Source: Octopus sinensis
Lineage: Eukaryota
Length of the DNA: 64,000 bases
NCBI RefSeq assembly: GCF_006345805.1
Contig: NC_042998.1
Location: 117,738,001-117,802,000 of the forward strand
Direction: 5' to 3'
Part shown: positions 43,688-56,945 of the stretch, piece by piece
Position numbering within the stretch: position 1 is the first letter of the stretch
How the letters are laid out: every line of letters begins with the position of its first letter
Program-made: the position numbers and the translations under genes
The notes under the pieces: model-generated
Seen by the model: the letters and a program-made list of their open reading frames with translations, nothing else
What the model was told of the DNA's origin: nothing
Databases searched by the model: none

Positions 43688-46183
43688 ACTATGAGGAGAT
43701 AATCTTTATCGCTAACTTAAATAGGATATAGGGTTAGATTACAAAATACTGCGCTATTTACATTGAGAGGAACTCTGAAATGGAATAACGGTGCATAAAA
43801 GTAAACACTTCTTATATCCTTAATAGACGAGAAATGTTTGGTACATATATATATGTATATGAACATGTGAGTGTGCGCGCGTCTGTGTGTTGTAAGTATG
43901 TATGTATAGAGAGCGCAGTTAATTCTGTTTTTAAGTGGGCTTTCCATTCGTGCTGGCCGTAAAATCTACCAGGAAGCAAGCTATGAAAAACATGTAACAT
44001 CCTCTCTTATAAACACACGAAAAACCATATCTCGATATGGTGTTCTAGAGAGATTCACACAAAAAATTCTTATTTCTATTTTTAGTAATGATACTTCCAT
44101 ACCCACCAGACGAAGTGTTTGTAGCCACCATTTGTCACAGAAATGTGGCTCTATATTATCAAATATCTCCATAACAAGTTTACCTATTTATCAAATCTTC
44201 GTAGGAAAAACCAATCAAACCTAATTAATATAATTAAAGATTAAAATTTTATTGACCAGCAACTTTAATATATAATACTTTCAATTTCACGCTAAAATTA
44301 TTGCTTTCATAATCTAAATTATTCATAATCTAAATTATTTGATGTTGTAATATGATGAGAGTAAACACACTTTCTCCAGAAGATTAAAATGATGGGCCAG
44401 CGTCTATTTATTTCATAAGTACCAATGTGTAGTATAAACCTCGTTATTAATTTAATACCAATATTGGCGAAATTTAAGTATAGTCACGTAGATAGAAATG
44501 CTTTTTCGATAAAATAACTTTCTTCTTAATGTTTTCAATAGTGAATACTTTTGCACTTTATCGCACTGTGATAAGAATATACTCCCCATTTGGTTTTAAT
44601 AATTGCTCCAAATATCAGGTTAATGACGAATAATATAACTTATGGTACTGTTATAAAATTTCCTTTAAAAATGTGTCAGTCACTGTGAATTAAATCGTTT
44701 CTACCTAGATGAAAAATTATATTGCCATTGGCATGGCTTTTCAAGAGCTGCATCTTTTCAAAATTTGAAGGTGTTTCATATTACATCAGTGTTATATATC
44801 TTTTATAATAGAAATATCAGTATTTACAAACAGTAATACAAAGTATTGAAAATATGTCCCATTCTTCATTTCCTATTATTTTTTGGTCTATTTTCAAGTT
44901 AGCAATAATCAATTTTATTTTTCACACTCCTGAAACTTCAATACATAAATAAAACATTTCAGCACTTAGTTCAAGCTGAAAGCTACTTTCTTCGAAGCTA
45001 CTGCATATTTCAAAGGATCTTTTATTGATATTATGGTTCGCCTCAAGTCAAGACTTGAAAAGTGAAACTGTTATCAATACACAGGAAAATATTTGAAATA
45101 TAGTTATGACATGAATTATTAATGATCAGTTAGCTAAATTTATAGGCTTTTAAATAAATAAATAAATAAATAAAGCTACAATTAATGTGTTGATTGTAAA
45201 ACAAAATAGCCAAATAGAAAAATGATTAACTATATCATCCATCATTTCAAAATTTATTTCCCAATGTGGGAATGTTATGATGTACCCTGCTGATAATAAT
45301 AACATAACATTAGTATTTCCAGTCAACAATAACTCCATATCAGCAAATAATAAAATGGTATATGACATAATTATATAACAATGTATCTTGTTAATTTGGA
45401 ATGCCTGATTACCTTCAGGCGTTAATCAAATATAATTCAAGAAGTTAGGCATCGTTCTTATTCTACATTAATAGTATTGTGGGGATCGCTTGTTTACCCG
45501 GTTGCATTTTCGTAAATGCCAATTTTATATTCCACACATATTCCTGTATGTGCAGCTTATAAATTACCTAATATGATCAGAATCCATGATAGATGCATAT
45601 TATATTTAATAGAAGCAGCCAGCTCCAAAGATATTTACAAAAGCTTCCAGTCTACCAGTTGAATACCCACAAGTTACGGAAACGTCCGCATGAAAGTAAA
45701 TATTTCCCTCCTCACCGAAATCCAATTGATTACTCTTAGAAACATTATTTTATATGTATATATTTTGTATTGTTTTGTAATATAGCAAAACTTAATTTAG
45801 CAACATGTGTGATGTGTTACAAAAGAAAAGGCTTAATGTCGTTAAAGTTTGTGATATTTTCATTATATGAACCATATTAAAGTACCATAAACTGTAAGTA
45901 GTTTACTTTTTGTCGGAATTGCAAGTGGAGAGTGCTACCTGTGTCCAGGTATACAAATTCTAGAATGTTTTGATTCCCTTCTTCCAAAAGTGACGGATGA
46001 AATGATGACCAGGTTGAATGTGCGTGTTGAGATGAAAATATATTAGTGGGACATATTTTCTATTTCTGTCCGGTGTATACTTCATTTTGCCCATGCCTAT
46101 TTGAAGAATTAATGTTTATAAACGTACACGTTTATTTCACAATATTTGTAAAGTCTTAACAAAGCTAGCTTAAAAGTATTCTC

Positions 46184-46399
46184 GGATCTTTACCTTTTGA
46201 CCTACAAATTTAAAAAATATTTTTTTGTAACTAAACACTTTCAAACTTCGGACACTGGTAGAATGTGACATGTAAAACGCCTTTTACTCTTAGCATTTTT
46301 GAGAAACACTTATATTTACGAAGTTATTTCACGTTAAAGTTTTCGTATTTCGGTAATCTGAACCAATCAATGAATCTGTAAGTCAAAATGTAGAGATCC
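46184..46399. mobile_element. Related Merlin-like MITE
   Basis: TIRs GGATCTTTACCTTTTGACCTACA / TGTAAGTCAAAATGTAGAGATCC; perfect 8-bp TSD GTATTCTC; internal similarity to 42965-43100. Confidence 0.85.
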
Positions 46400-47239
46400 G
46401 TATTCTCTCCAATAATGCAAAACAGGAACCACATTTTTTAAAGAAATGAAATATTTGCTCGCTACTCACTAATTATTAAAGAAGATTCATTGAGATATGG
46501 CACTGGTTAACAATGCGTCCCCCGCCCAGCAATCGAAACGAGGAAATTGCCAACGCTTGCCCTCACAATATAACATGCAATTTCGTGTAAAAATGTTTAA
46601 CATGAATCATCGTAATTCTACATTTATTGTTGCGAACATAAGTGTGGAAAATATATAACGAAGGGGTACTCATATTCTCAGTATAAACTATTGCTCACGT
46701 TTGAAATATCTAGTGTAAAAATAAATAATTGAAAATTCCAATGCATGTATTTTTAATATATATAACAGTATATGAAATATTTATCTAAATAAAATGAGTA
46801 TGTTTGTGTGTGGGTGTGTGTGTGAGTGAGAGAGAGAGAGAGAGAGAGAGAGAAAGTGTATGAGCGTATACATATATACAAGATATGGTTGAATTGTGCA
46901 ATAATATTCATTCACACATAACATTTTAAATTGTTTTATCAATTTAGACTTTTTTAGGTTTTACTGTTTAAATAAAACTTTAAATTCGAATTGTTTCGCT
47001 TATTCCATTCTCAAATACATCTAACACAAAACACATACTGTAACACCTAACTCTAATCGCTAAACGATGGTCTAACATTAAACTGATTCTAATACTCATG
47101 CACGACCCTAACAATGGCTTCCACAATGCTGATATACTAGTTTTAGTACAGGTAATTTAAAAAAGAATTTCTGGAAATGTTAGAGATTGGAATGTTAAAC
47201 GCCACTTAAGTTCTCGATTAATGTGAATATAAGAATTGG

Positions 47240-47430
47240 CAAAATAATGATTGTCTACTATAGGTACAAGGTCTAAACTTTTGTGGGAAGGAGATAGTCG
47301 ATTTCATAGACGCCAGAGTGCAACTGATTCTTATTTTATCGACCCAGAATGTTTGAAAGACATAGAGGACCTCGCCGATTTTAACCACAGGACGAAATAC
47401 TGCTAATCATATTGACTGCCGTGATAAGAA
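47240..47430 (-). mobile_element. Old SINE copy (family of 28715-28930)
   Basis: TCTTATTTTATCGACCCAGAATG..GAAAG reverse-complement core. Confidence 0.55.
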
Positions 47431-47832
47431 TTATGATCTTAAAAGTGATAAATAATGCTTTCCTCGAAAAAACTGAAGAATAAAATATAAAGTAATCATT
47501 AGGGGTTCGAATTGCACAACACAGCTAATATAGAAATACACCTAAATATATATTTCCATCAATATTAATTGCAGCCGGGTTGCTGGGTATATCGCCTCGC
47601 AACATGTTGCGTTGGATTATTCCACTCAAAACTCATTTTAAAATCATTTAGTTAATACATTCAACTGGCATATGTGAAAATAGAACATTTCCGAGAATAT
47701 TTCAGTACTCTATAGAAATGTAGTTTGTCAAATGTTGGTTTCCAGTCTAAAAGTTGTAAAAACGTTTTTTTTTCTACTTCTCTAAACTGAAAATAGTAAT
47801 AAACAAGAGCCCTCGGAGAGCACAGACCTCTG

Positions 47833-49644
47833 TTTCTTTATTTTGGCATTACGGCCACAACACAGATGGGACACTACAAACACAGACACAACACCACAGT
47901 GGGGACAAAAACATGAACGAATGAAAATGAGATGTTATATAAAAATGCAAAATGAAAAGGCTGCAGTATCATTTGAACGTTTATATAAACTATTTACAAT
48001 CGTTCTATTATCTTATTGTTTTTCTTAATCTTGTTTTATCCTCTTTTTTTTTAAATGAAACAATTTTACTTTTTTCTTCTTTCTTCAATAAAACAATTTT
48101 ACCTATTTTTTTTTCCTTTTTAATATCTCATGAAAGGTTCTAAATCCTTTAGCGCCACTACAGGTGGCAATTCATCGAATTCCATCATCACTCCTGGCTA
48201 GTCAATCCCTTTTCCACACATGTCTTTTAGTCTGTTGTAGGTGTCCTTGTCAACCACGATGGACTTCACATTCTCGGATTACACATCCGTGGAGAACTTT
48301 ACTCTTATAATATGTTTAAACTTTAATACTTTCTTTTCAGTTTCTTTGCTTTTTGCGTACGTCACAAAATTCCATCGAAATTTTCATTTTCTTATTAGAT
48401 TACTGTTTTCCTGCGCCTCTCCTGGTAGCTTCTTCTTTTCTTCCACTGCTCTGAACAGTCTCTCCACTTGTGTTTCTAGATATTCTTTCTCCACTGGAAC
48501 AGCTGCTGTCTTCACCAATGTTTCTTCATTATGCAACTCCCCCTTGAACACTTCAAGTTCCTTTTCGCTTATTTTATCCATCACCATTTCGTCTTCCTTC
48601 CTCCTGGTATCCTCCTTTTTTTATCGCTTCCTTCTTTTTCTGCTACTCCAGCGGTGAGCACACTCTCTTACTTCTCTTTTATCTTTTAACCACCGTGAAC
48701 CCCTCCTCTGTTGCTTTCTCATTGATCTCAACTCCTACCATCTGATCCATGTTCTCCTCCCTATCCGTCTGATCTATCTGTTGTTCCCTCTGGGAGCACC
48801 ACGCCTTCATGTGGCCCTTTTCCTCACATGTGTAACATATAGGCGGCCTGTCCTCCACCACCACTCTCAATCTTACGTCATCGGGCAGCACTATCTCTAC
48901 GAGAATTCTGTTTATATCTTCCACTGTCGCTTGAACGGTTAACTCTATTCCATATCCCTTGTAGTTAACTCTTTGGGTTCTTGTGGCCTTCAGTATCTTA
49001 GCCTCCTCATTCATGTCATACATTATGGCTGTCATCATCCATGCTTTTTTCAGCTCTGGGGGCACTTTGCCAACTTGCACCCTGGTCACATGTTTGCCAG
49101 AGTACGATGTCAAAAGTACCCATTCTTCCGATCTTATTGCCTCTGTGGAGGGCTTAATTTCTTCCTCTTCTGATGCAAAACGCCCCTCCACAGTACCGTA
49201 CTTTCTCCCTCGTGTTATAAATGTAGTTAGTCTTTTTATATTCTTCAAACATTCTTCAAAAGCCTCTATTGTTGCTATTTCTATTTTCTTTGTTGCTATC
49301 TTCATTGTCTTATATATCACCGTTCTTTTCATTACATCGGTTGTTAGTTTCACAGGCGGCGTTAATTTCAGTATATTCCCGTCTTTCCAGCAACTTTGCG
49401 CATTCTTCCATTTTTCGCGGTTCAGCTTTTATTTCTGGTTACTCCAGCGTTTCCACATCTATCCATTTACGAGTTGCAGCCGCTTAACTGTGGCCACCTG
49501 CTGGCGTTTTCTCTATTTTTCCCACAATGGGGAAAAAACAACAATTCAAAATAACACTAGCAACAATTCGAACAGTAACAATCACTGAAACAAATATTTA
49601 ACACGAAGACTTACATGACAAAAAACAACTCAAACCGCCTGTGA
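47833..49644 (-). mobile_element. ORF1-only (HAL1-like) element, copy A
   Basis: ORF 48679-49353 has GRKYGTVEGRF and VVVEDRPPICYTCEEKGHMKAWC. AATAAAGAAA 3' end; TSD CACARACCTCYG. Confidence 0.85.
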
Positions 49645-49677
49645 CACAAACCTCCGTCAAAGCAACATCAACGTCCT

Positions 49678-51409
49678 GATTTCTTTTATTAGGCACAACG
49701 CCTATATAAAGATGGGACAACACAAAAACAGACACAACAATACAATGGCGTACATAAAAAAAACATATCGCATGAAATTATTGATACAATGAAAAATGAG
49801 GATGGAATGACTTACCTGCTCCCCATATGGAGACAGTTTCATTTTACTGCTTTTAAATACAATCTTACTAACACTTCAATATCTTGCCTTGTATTTGTTT
49901 TCCTTTTTTTCCTTTTTCTTTTTTCAAATTAATACAAAGTCACTATGTACACCACATAATCCAATAAATCTTCGAACGCCACAACCGGCCACCGGCTGCG
50001 ACTCATCGAAACGAAACTATATCATTGTTACATCTATGTTTTCCCCAAATAATTCCTCCAACCTTTCTCATCTTTCTCTTTCCAGCGGAACAGCTTTCAT
50101 ACCTTCATTGTACTCTATGGGTGGCAATTTAATTCTAATTACCTTCTTCATCTTCGCAATATTTTTTCTATCTCTACACTTTTTGTGTATTGTATCATAG
50201 TTCTTATATTTTTCCTTTTGGTATCAATCTCTGTTTTCCTTCACCAATCTCTTCTACTGTTGCTGGTATTCCTATCTCTGGATGTCTCTCATTCTTTGCT
50301 CCTATCATCTCTCTTTCATTTACCCTTTTCTTCTGTACTTTATCCTTCTTGCTAGTTGATGGTAACGGTCTCTGCTTTTGCTCCTCGATTTTGTCACATT
50401 TGTTGACCTTTCATTTTTTCTCTGCTCGTTCGGTTTTCCTTGCTTTCCACTCTGCGTCTCCTCTCCACATCTCTTTCTTTACTTCCTAGGACTTTTTGGT
50501 GTTGAGTCCTTGTTATTTTTCTTCCTCTTCACCACTGTATGTTCTTCTTCTATTTTTTGCTCCTCTCCGTTTCAGCCCTCTTCTTCTTGATGTTCTTTCT
50601 CTATCTCCTCCTGTTCGTCTTTCTGGGGACACGTAGCTTTCATGTGTCCCCTTAATCCGCATTGATAGCATACAGGTGGTCTTCCCTCCGCTACAACTCT
50701 CAACGTCATCTCATCATGCAACATCAATTCCTCTGCCATTTTGTGGAGGTCTGGTAAACTGATGTGACCCAATATTTCCAGTCCGTATCCCCAGCAGTTC
50801 ACCTTCGTAGTTCATGTAATTTTCGGTATTTTGGTGTCCTCCTCTGTGGCTGCCTCCAGCCATGCTTCGTCAATTTCTGCAGGCACTCTACCAATCCTCA
50901 CTCTGGATGCACGTTGGCAACAAAAAGAGTGGAAATAGCAGGAGTGGGGGCGGTCGAAGAATGCTTGAGAGAAGTTAAAGATCTAACGACGTACTACACC
51001 ACAGGCACAGTGGAAGTACGCTTCGTGAGTGAAGAGGAAACAATAAGACACTCCACTTTTTAATTTTTTTTCTATCATTTCCTTGGGAGGCGTCAATGTC
51101 AGGCCTCCTTTCTCAATAAATCTTCGTTTTTTATAAAGCTTTTCTCCTTTAATTCAACTTCTCTAACTTGCATTACCTCTGCTGACAGGCTTTTGCCAGT
51201 CACCGCATCATAACTGCCCGCTTGCAGTGGTGTACCTTCCATAAGAATATTATTCACAACTTCACCTATAAATGGGGAAGGAAATTTTTAAAAACCGATA
51301 ATAACAGCTTCAGAAATTTCAGGTAACAAAAATCCGACAATTCAGTAAATAACAGTTTAAAAGCGACAGTACTCACATGAAGCGTACACGCATCGAACTG
51401 ATTCAAATA
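49678..51409 (-). mobile_element. ORF1-only (HAL1-like) element, copy B, with an internal inversion
   Basis: VVAEGRPPVCYQCGLRGHMKATC; 3' tail shared with copy A; TSD CAACATCAACGTCCT / CAACACTAACGTCCT. Confidence 0.85.
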
Positions 51410-52648
51410 CAACACTAACGTCCTCTCAACGATTAGCCAGAGATGATTTTTAAAAGGAGATAATCTGAAATAAACTCGACTGCTCTTACAAATGAGAATA
51501 CTAAAAATGAACCCGACCGCTCTCAAAAACTAAATAAAAAAACTGGAAAAATAATTTAGAATCCATGTCCAGAACCGAATCGATCCCAAAATCTAATCAG
51601 TCCATACCGGTCACGAGGCCCGACATCCTCAAAAGTTTCATCTGAATCCATCCAGCTGTTCTTGAGATATCTTATCCAAGGAGAAACAAGCAAACAAACA
51701 CGGTTGAAAACAATACCTCCTCCCTGGCTAAGGCGGAGGTAAGTACGAAACTATCACAGTTTAATATTAAACGGAACAATCACAGTTGAATATAAAAATG
51801 GCATCAACCATCATTATGACATTAGATACTTTAAAATCTGCATCCAATGCATATAATTAAATTTTTCCTTAACACGATTAACGCGAATGCCTGTTAACTT
51901 CTCAGATCTATCAGACTTCAGTAGAAGTAGGTTAAAAGAAAGAACATAAAATACACGCGACACTAACACTAGCTTCAATATTATTGCTTTCATCATCAGT
52001 CTTCGGCAATGCCCTAAATACAGCGAGATTATAATGCTCAATGGAGTCTCTAAATCAGCACTACACACGTGTACACATGTGCCTAGAATCTGTATTTGAG
52101 CTTATATTTCCAAAGAAACCTACCACTTAGACGTGATTGAACTCAAATCCTATTGGGCATATAATGTGGTAAGCATGAAAATAATAACCCCATAAAACGT
52201 CTTTCAATTTTCACTCTGAAAAGCATTTCAACATACTTCGTAAAGGAAAAGCACTTTCACTTTTAGACTAAGAATACACCTCGCTCTAACTTGATAAATG
52301 CTTTTATTTGTACGGGGACTGGAAGTGAAGAATAACTGGCATTTCTTTTCAAAGATCGTCATTGCCACCAGTAAAAAATATCGCTACTTACTTGAAAGTT
52401 ATTAGTAGAGTAGAAATAGCGAAGTTTTATACTTTTCAGTAGTTTCGATGCAGTCTCCCTCCCTATCACCTTCTCGTCTCTTACCCTTTCTCTCTCTCTT
52501 TCTCTCTCCTTATATATACATGTATATATATATACATATATATATATATAGAGAGAGAGAGAGGAGGGAGAAAGAGAAAGAGAGAGAGAGTACAAGTAGA
52601 AACTCAAAATATGCAATACCACACACACCACACTGACCTACATTTATG

Positions 52649-52707
<59 letters not shown>

Positions 52708-52762
52708 GTAGATAGATATATACACACATACACAAACACACGCACACACACACATACACAAT

Positions 52763-52807
<45 letters not shown>

Positions 52808-53049
52808 ATGAAATACGGTATAATTAAGCTGTAAACTTTCAATTAAGATGTCTTCACACGTAAATGTATATATATACATATATATGTATGTGATTGCGTG
52901 TGTGTGTTTGCGTGTGTGTGTGTGTGTATGCGTGTGTGTGTGTATGTGTGCGTGTTTGTGTATGTGCGCCCGCGTGCCTCCAGTTCTGCCATCAGTTTGA
53001 CGCGCTAACTTGACTGCATTCGGCACGACTAAGGACGAAGTTCCTTCGA

Positions 53050-53480
53050 AGGAGCAGCACGTCATCCTTCTTCCTGATTCTCAATGCTCTCACAATCCCT
53101 AGCCAGTGCTACTATCGTGGTAATACACACAGAGAAGATAGCATTGTTACTTATGTAGAGTCCTAGCTCACGCACTGTGTCTCACTTTGGGATTACACTA
53201 ACTTCTGGTCCTATTTATTCCAAGTATGATTTATTTGTGAGCCAATACTGGAGTGCTTGAAACTTCGTAACATTAAACAGCATGTAATTTTCATCGGCCC
53301 ATCTGTATGTTGCATTCAGGCTGTTTTGTAGTTTAAATATGTCATGAGTCTCCTTGACCGGCTGTGAAATATTTGTATCATCAGTTTAACAGGTGAGGGT
53401 AGCTAACTATATGGCTAGGGGCATATCTGAGAGGGCCACTACATACACCATGGTTCGCAGTACACTTCCTTGAGGAACCT
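53050..53480 (-). mobile_element. Decayed CR1/L2-group RT fragment
   Basis: Reverse complement contains AGTGGCCCTCTCAGATATGCCC, identical to 42121-42142. Confidence 0.7.
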
Positions 53481-53849
53481 ATAGTCTCACATACACGCAC
53501 ACACACAGACAGACACACACACACACATATATCTATATATATATAATTATATGTGTGTGTGAGTGTGTGTGTCTATGTACCTTCTCGTTCTTTTTTTCTC
53601 TTGATTTCTCTGGCACCGACATCCTGATTTGCAAATTAGATGTACCATGTGATCACGCCATGGAGGTTACTTGGAGAGAAAGACAAGTCGTGTTTTATTA
53701 AAACCTGTCTAGACCCGCTTTGGCAAAGCAAGAAATTATTAGTTTCTCGTATCTTTATGCTTTATATATTAAATGAATTCACACACACAGGTAAGAACAC
53801 GCACATGAAAGCACAAGCACATACATATGTAAGTTTGTATGTATGTATA

Positions 53850-53893
53850 TAGATAGATACATAGACAGATAGGTAGATAGGTAGATAGATAGT

Positions 53894-53990
<97 letters not shown>

Positions 53991-54007
53991 CAGATAGATA
54001 GATAGAC
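53850..54007. repeat. (GATA)n microsatellite
   Basis: Directly visible. Confidence 0.95.
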
Positions 54008-54110
54008 AGTTGTTGCTAGCATAGAATAATAATAAGATCAATGCAGAGAAATGTTGTTTAATATATTAATATAGATGTTTAGTGCAAATGAACATTCGTG
54101 GAATTAAATA

Positions 54111-54490
54111 AAACAAGAGCACACAGAGAGCACAAACCTCCGCCAATTCAACACTAAAGTCCACTCAACGATTAGCCAAAGATGATTTTTAAAATGAGAA
54201 TAGCTGAAATAAACTCAACTGCTCTTACAAACGAGAATGCTAAAAAGGAACTCGACCCCTCTCAAAAATTTAGTAAAAAAAAAACGCACGAAAATAATAC
54301 AGAAACCTTGTCCGGTACTGGATCGATCTCACAATCTAATCAACTCGTACCAGTCACGAGGCCAAATATACATGAAAGTTTCATCCGAATTCATCCAGCG
54401 GTACTTTAGCTGTCTTGTCCACGGACAAAGAAGCAAACAAACAAACACGACTGAAAAACAATACCCCCGCCTTCGCAAAGGCGGAGGTAA
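54111..54490 (-). mobile_element. Intact HINE/DINE-1-like non-autonomous element
   Basis: Subterminal inverted repeats ACCTCCGCC/GGCGGAGGT, terminal hairpin CCGCCTTCGCAAAGGCGG, (AAAC)n tract and a short stem at the other end. Confidence 0.7.
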
Positions 54491-54849
54491 TGATATAAAA
54501 TATTTTATACCAACATACAGTACAATGTTTACGTTATTATATTTAAATACATTCCGTTTATCTCTTGGGTATGTTTGTGCTTCTATAAATCATTTAATTT
54601 ACAAGTTCTATATGTACTTTATACGTATTGTATAATATATATATTTGTTAGAAGGCAGGTGATTACTTAATCTTACTAGATATAGCTTACATCAATTGTA
54701 GCTATTCTGACACATTGCGACATATGATTCATGATTGTAAAACAACGTTTGTAGATTCTCATTGGCTGAGGGGAGAGAGGTGATTGATGGCATTATAGTG
54801 TAACTAATTATGCTGATTCCAGTAGTTTATCCGTCAGATATATACAAGA

Positions 54850-56100
54850 ATCGTGACATTTTCTTCATCACTTACAGTTTCTGAGTGGTGCTTGTACCAT
54901 TTGTCAGCAGTTTTGATTTCATAATGCCAACACATTATCCAATGTAGGTATTGGCCAAATCTGTCTTATCTTGATTTGTACTCTACATGTGTTATAACCC
55001 TTAACCCAGAGATTAGTGGTCCACTATTTCAATCATATCGTTGATGTATCGGCGCCCTGAGCACCATAGTCACAGATGGGTGTGCTTTTTTTCTACTTCA
55101 GCTTGTTTCCTAAGGGCCACATATTTGCCATGCAGAAGTTTTGTCCCAACCATCATGATTTTCGACGAGATTCAGGATCCAGTCTTTAGATGTTTCAAGA
55201 TATTTTGCCAGTCCAATTTTGATGGTTTTGTAAGAGATTACAAATTGGATCAAGCCTCGGCCTCCATGAGCTCTGGGTAGATAAAGACGTTCTGCGTCTT
55301 CCATTGTGTGGTGCATCTTATTTCAAGTCAGCTTATGGATTTTCTTGTCAATCTTCCTTACTTCGGATATATTCCAGTTCAACACATCGAGACTGTAAAT
55401 AACAAATGGAAATTCTAAGGAGTTTATAGCTAACCTTGTTACGCGAATTTAACTCAGATTTTAGGACTCTCCGAACTCTCCTCTAACATTCCTTTCTGAT
55501 CTTCTCTATCATGCTTGCATGCTGAATGCCAGAGCCCTTATCTATTCCGAGGTATTTGTACGTTTGCTCCTGCACGAGTTCTTTTACGACTGTGTCAACA
55601 TCTAACACCACTGAAAGTGAGGTTTCTGGAAGCGGCCTTGGTACATTTATCTAGAACAAATTCCATCCCGATGTCATCAATGAAAGCGTTTAGAATTTAA
55701 GTAGTCTTTGAAGCGCATCATCATCTTTGCCACAGAGTTTTAAATCATTCATATAAAAAAGATGACTTACTTTCTTGTCGCCGATTTTATACCATACCCT
55801 GTTCTGTTAAGTTCACTTCCATGGGTTAATAAGGCTATGCAAATGGTGAAAATAAATCACTTTGGAAAATGCCGCAGTTGATATAAATATTTTTTGTGGT
55901 TAGTACTCCATTATTGTGGTATAATTGAAGTATGATATTCCACATTGGCGTGTGCTTCAGGGAGTTAGAAATCACAGGAGAAATTTTGAAGATATCCAGC
56001 GATTTCAAGATCTATGATCAATCCAGTCGAAAGTAAGATTTTCTGCAGTTGTTATGACACTTCTTAAGCATCATGCGATTGATTAAGAGCTGGTCTTTGC
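54850..56100 (-). mobile_element. Old R4/Dong-type LINE fragment
   Basis: MHHTMEDAERLYLPRAHGGRGLIQ and decayed RT motifs on the minus strand. Confidence 0.75.
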
Positions 56101-56101
56101 A

Positions 56102-56945
56102 TGCATATGAGCATCGTTTCATTACTCCTCAATGCCATAAAGTATACAAACTACAGCTGGAAAATATGTGGAGACTTGACTGGATGTTGATGGGAATGCA
56201 AGCTGGGTTCACTAAATATTGTTGCATTTTATGCCTATGGGACGGTCATGCAACTAGCAAGCACTATGTGCAATCAGAGTGGAATTAGCGAAAATCAGAT
56301 GAGCCGGGAGTCTCTAGCGTCCAGAATAAGCCACTTTTAACCCCCAAAAATGTTCTTCCCCCTCTTCACATAAAGCTTGGCCTCATAAAAGAATTTGTGA
56401 AGACACTTGCCAGAAAAAGCTCAAAAGGTTTTGAATACTTGATGGTCAAATTTCCAAAAATCACCGAGGTAAAACTGAAGGAGGACGTATTCATAGGTCC
56501 GCAGATAAAAGAACTCCTGAAGGACAACCACTTCCTCACAGCACTTGATGAGACTGAGCTTAAAGCCTGGGAATCCTTCAAATGGCTCTATGAGATCTCT
56601 AGAGTTTAGCTGGAATGTTAGCGGATGTTATACAGGGATGAACCTGAGATAAAACGCCATAGAATGTCCAAACCTCAAAGATTTTAAGTTGTTATGCATT
56701 TGAGTGTATTCTAACTTTTTTGTACACAATAACTTTAATGAAATTATCGTATCTTTTGTTCAATATATTTTATATAGACATTCTTTACGTATCCTATAAG
56801 TTAAAACAGCAAGTATCATTAACATGAACATTTGACCTGATAGATGAATTCGGATTCCAGATTTGTAATCAGCATCAAACATTAACCCAGAAAAGTCAAT
56901 CAGCAACTCTGATGATTAAAAAGAGTTTCACTTTGTTGACCAGCG
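56102..56945 (+). mobile_element. Chapaev3-type DNA transposon fragment with 3' TIR
   Basis: GMQAGFTKYCCILCLWD, PPLHIKLGL and KFPKITEVKLKEDVFIGPQIKEL; the end TTTGTTGACCAGCG resembles Chapaev3 termini. Family assignment is from memory of motifs. Confidence 0.75.

Larger units (their letters stand above)
47801..51742 (-). mobile_element. Helentron-associated (HINE/DINE-1-like) element split into three pieces (47801-47832, 49645-49677, 51410-51742)
   Basis: The pieces are colinear with the intact copy at 54111-54490. Confidence 0.8.
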
